From Cycas panzhihuaensis (taxonomy: Eukaryota; Plantae; Cycadophyta): a stretch of DNA of 64,000 nucleotides. The translations under genes were made by a program, and so were the position numbers. A model generated the notes under the pieces. The model was not told the DNA's origin and did no database searches. It was given only the letters and a program-made list of their open reading frames with translations. The stretch spans positions 75,275,741-75,339,740 of the forward strand of contig CM041465.1 of NCBI GenBank assembly GCA_023213395.1, in the 5' to 3' direction. The stretch's first letter is position 1; every line of letters starts with the position of its first letter. Positions 62,816 to 64,000 of the stretch are shown piece after piece.

Positions 62816-64000
62816 GTGAATGAACTAAAAGTTTAATGATCAAAATGGAATTAAACACAAAACTAAAGATTGATTTTAAATAGAATTGGTCTACCATCAA
62901 AACAATTTCCATTCATTAAGAATGGATCTCTATAATACAATGCATAAACCTATGCTCAAATAAATACACATGGAATCAGTAATAGTCCAAAATGGGACTC
63001 ATGACCATCCTGAAACATCATAAGACCATTTAGGACTTTTATAACTCCTATGAAATTTGTCATTAAACTTGATGATTCGCCATTACAAATTTGTCTCATA
63101 TGAATATTAATTCTAACACTTCCCCTTAATGTTCATATCATTTGCTTATATATGAATTTGTTACACTAGCCTACTAGGAAATCAACTGTATTAGGTCTCA
63201 TCCTTGATTTTTATTTTTCCTCTATTTTGAGCAAGTGAGCTTCTACAATGGTTTTTAGATACCATTTGAAAAAAAAATTAATAAGTAAAGCAACCTCAAG
63301 TTGTATTTCTAGCTATGATTCTTGAGCATCTTCATATTACTTCTCCTCAACTTCATCCTCCTTTGGCTTAACAACCTACTATCTCAATGAACTACATTTA
63401 GGTTATTTCTCGATTTGCTTCCTATTGTCTCACCAATTCTTTAAGGTGTCCAAATCTAAATCCTAATATATAACATGTTTATCAACCTCTTCAAAGATGA
63501 TATCATGATCTGTAACTTGTTTATCAATTTCTTCGAAGATGGCATCCCAAGTTATGTGAACCTTTTTTATTACTAGCTTGTATACTCAATACTTCTTTTT
63601 TTTTTCATTGTATCTTACAAGGATGCATTTGAAACTTTTATCATCAATATTTTTATATTTATATTTGGGAACATGTATATATGTCGTGCTTCTAAAAATT
63701 CTAAGATGGTGCATTATAGGTTTACATCTAGACCATGCTTCTTTAAGTGTTATATTCTATATAGATTTTGTAGCACTCATTTTAGTCAAGGACACTGCTA
63801 CAAAAATAATTTTAACCTAGAAAATATTTGAGAGATTTTTTAATTTCATCATTAACTTGCCTTTTTCAACCAATGTCCTATCCATCCTCTCAGCTACACC
63901 AATCTATTGTAAGGTGTATGATGTCATCAACTGCTTCTTTGTGCCATGGCCCTTATAGAACTCGACAAGAGTATTAGAGGTATATTCTAAAGGGATAGAT
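62816..64000 (-). mobile_element. Copia deletion derivative: integrase followed almost directly by PPT and 3' LTR; runs off the window
   Basis: PPT ATTAAGGGGAAG at 63119-63130 abuts TGTTAGAA (63118). Minus-strand integrase motifs KKQLMTSYTLQ*IGVAERMDRTL and HLRIFRSTTYIHVP...DDKSFKCIL. No RT lies between them and the PPT. The LTR left end is uncertain. Confidence 0.7.

Overview
This is a gene-free, very AT-rich, CpG-depleted window from a large land-plant nuclear genome (gymnosperm- or fern-like; that assignment is inference). It is almost entirely nested, decayed LTR retrotransposons. LTR pairs, tRNA-iMet primer-binding sites (PBS, TGGTATCAGAGC), polypurine tracts (PPT) and 5-bp target-site duplications (TSD) let the nesting be rebuilt by eye. 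One stack is gypsy H > copia G (32498-58544) > copia B (32706-53707) > non-autonomous C2 (32944-42874) > copia derivative D (37936-42341), with C3 (47375-53448) in B's other LTR. Copia F (16811-32046) hosts C1 (17636-23367) and E (28064-31288). Element A (6180-10689) hosts a solo B LTR. The most interesting system is family C: three gag-only LTR elements that share LTRs and scaffold but each carry different cargo in the same internal slot. The cargo is a mosaic of host-gene fragments lying antisense to the element next to a CpG-rich tract: mitochondrial HSP60 plus eIF3L in C2, a myosin XI DIL-region-like piece plus a coiled-coil ORF in C1, and unidentified coding-like DNA in C3. Two family C copies also have LTRs that have absorbed an old PBS, and two inserted at nearly the same position in the two LTRs of one host. 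No intact host gene, rRNA, tRNA or CRISPR array is present. All protein identifications come from motif recall, not database searches.
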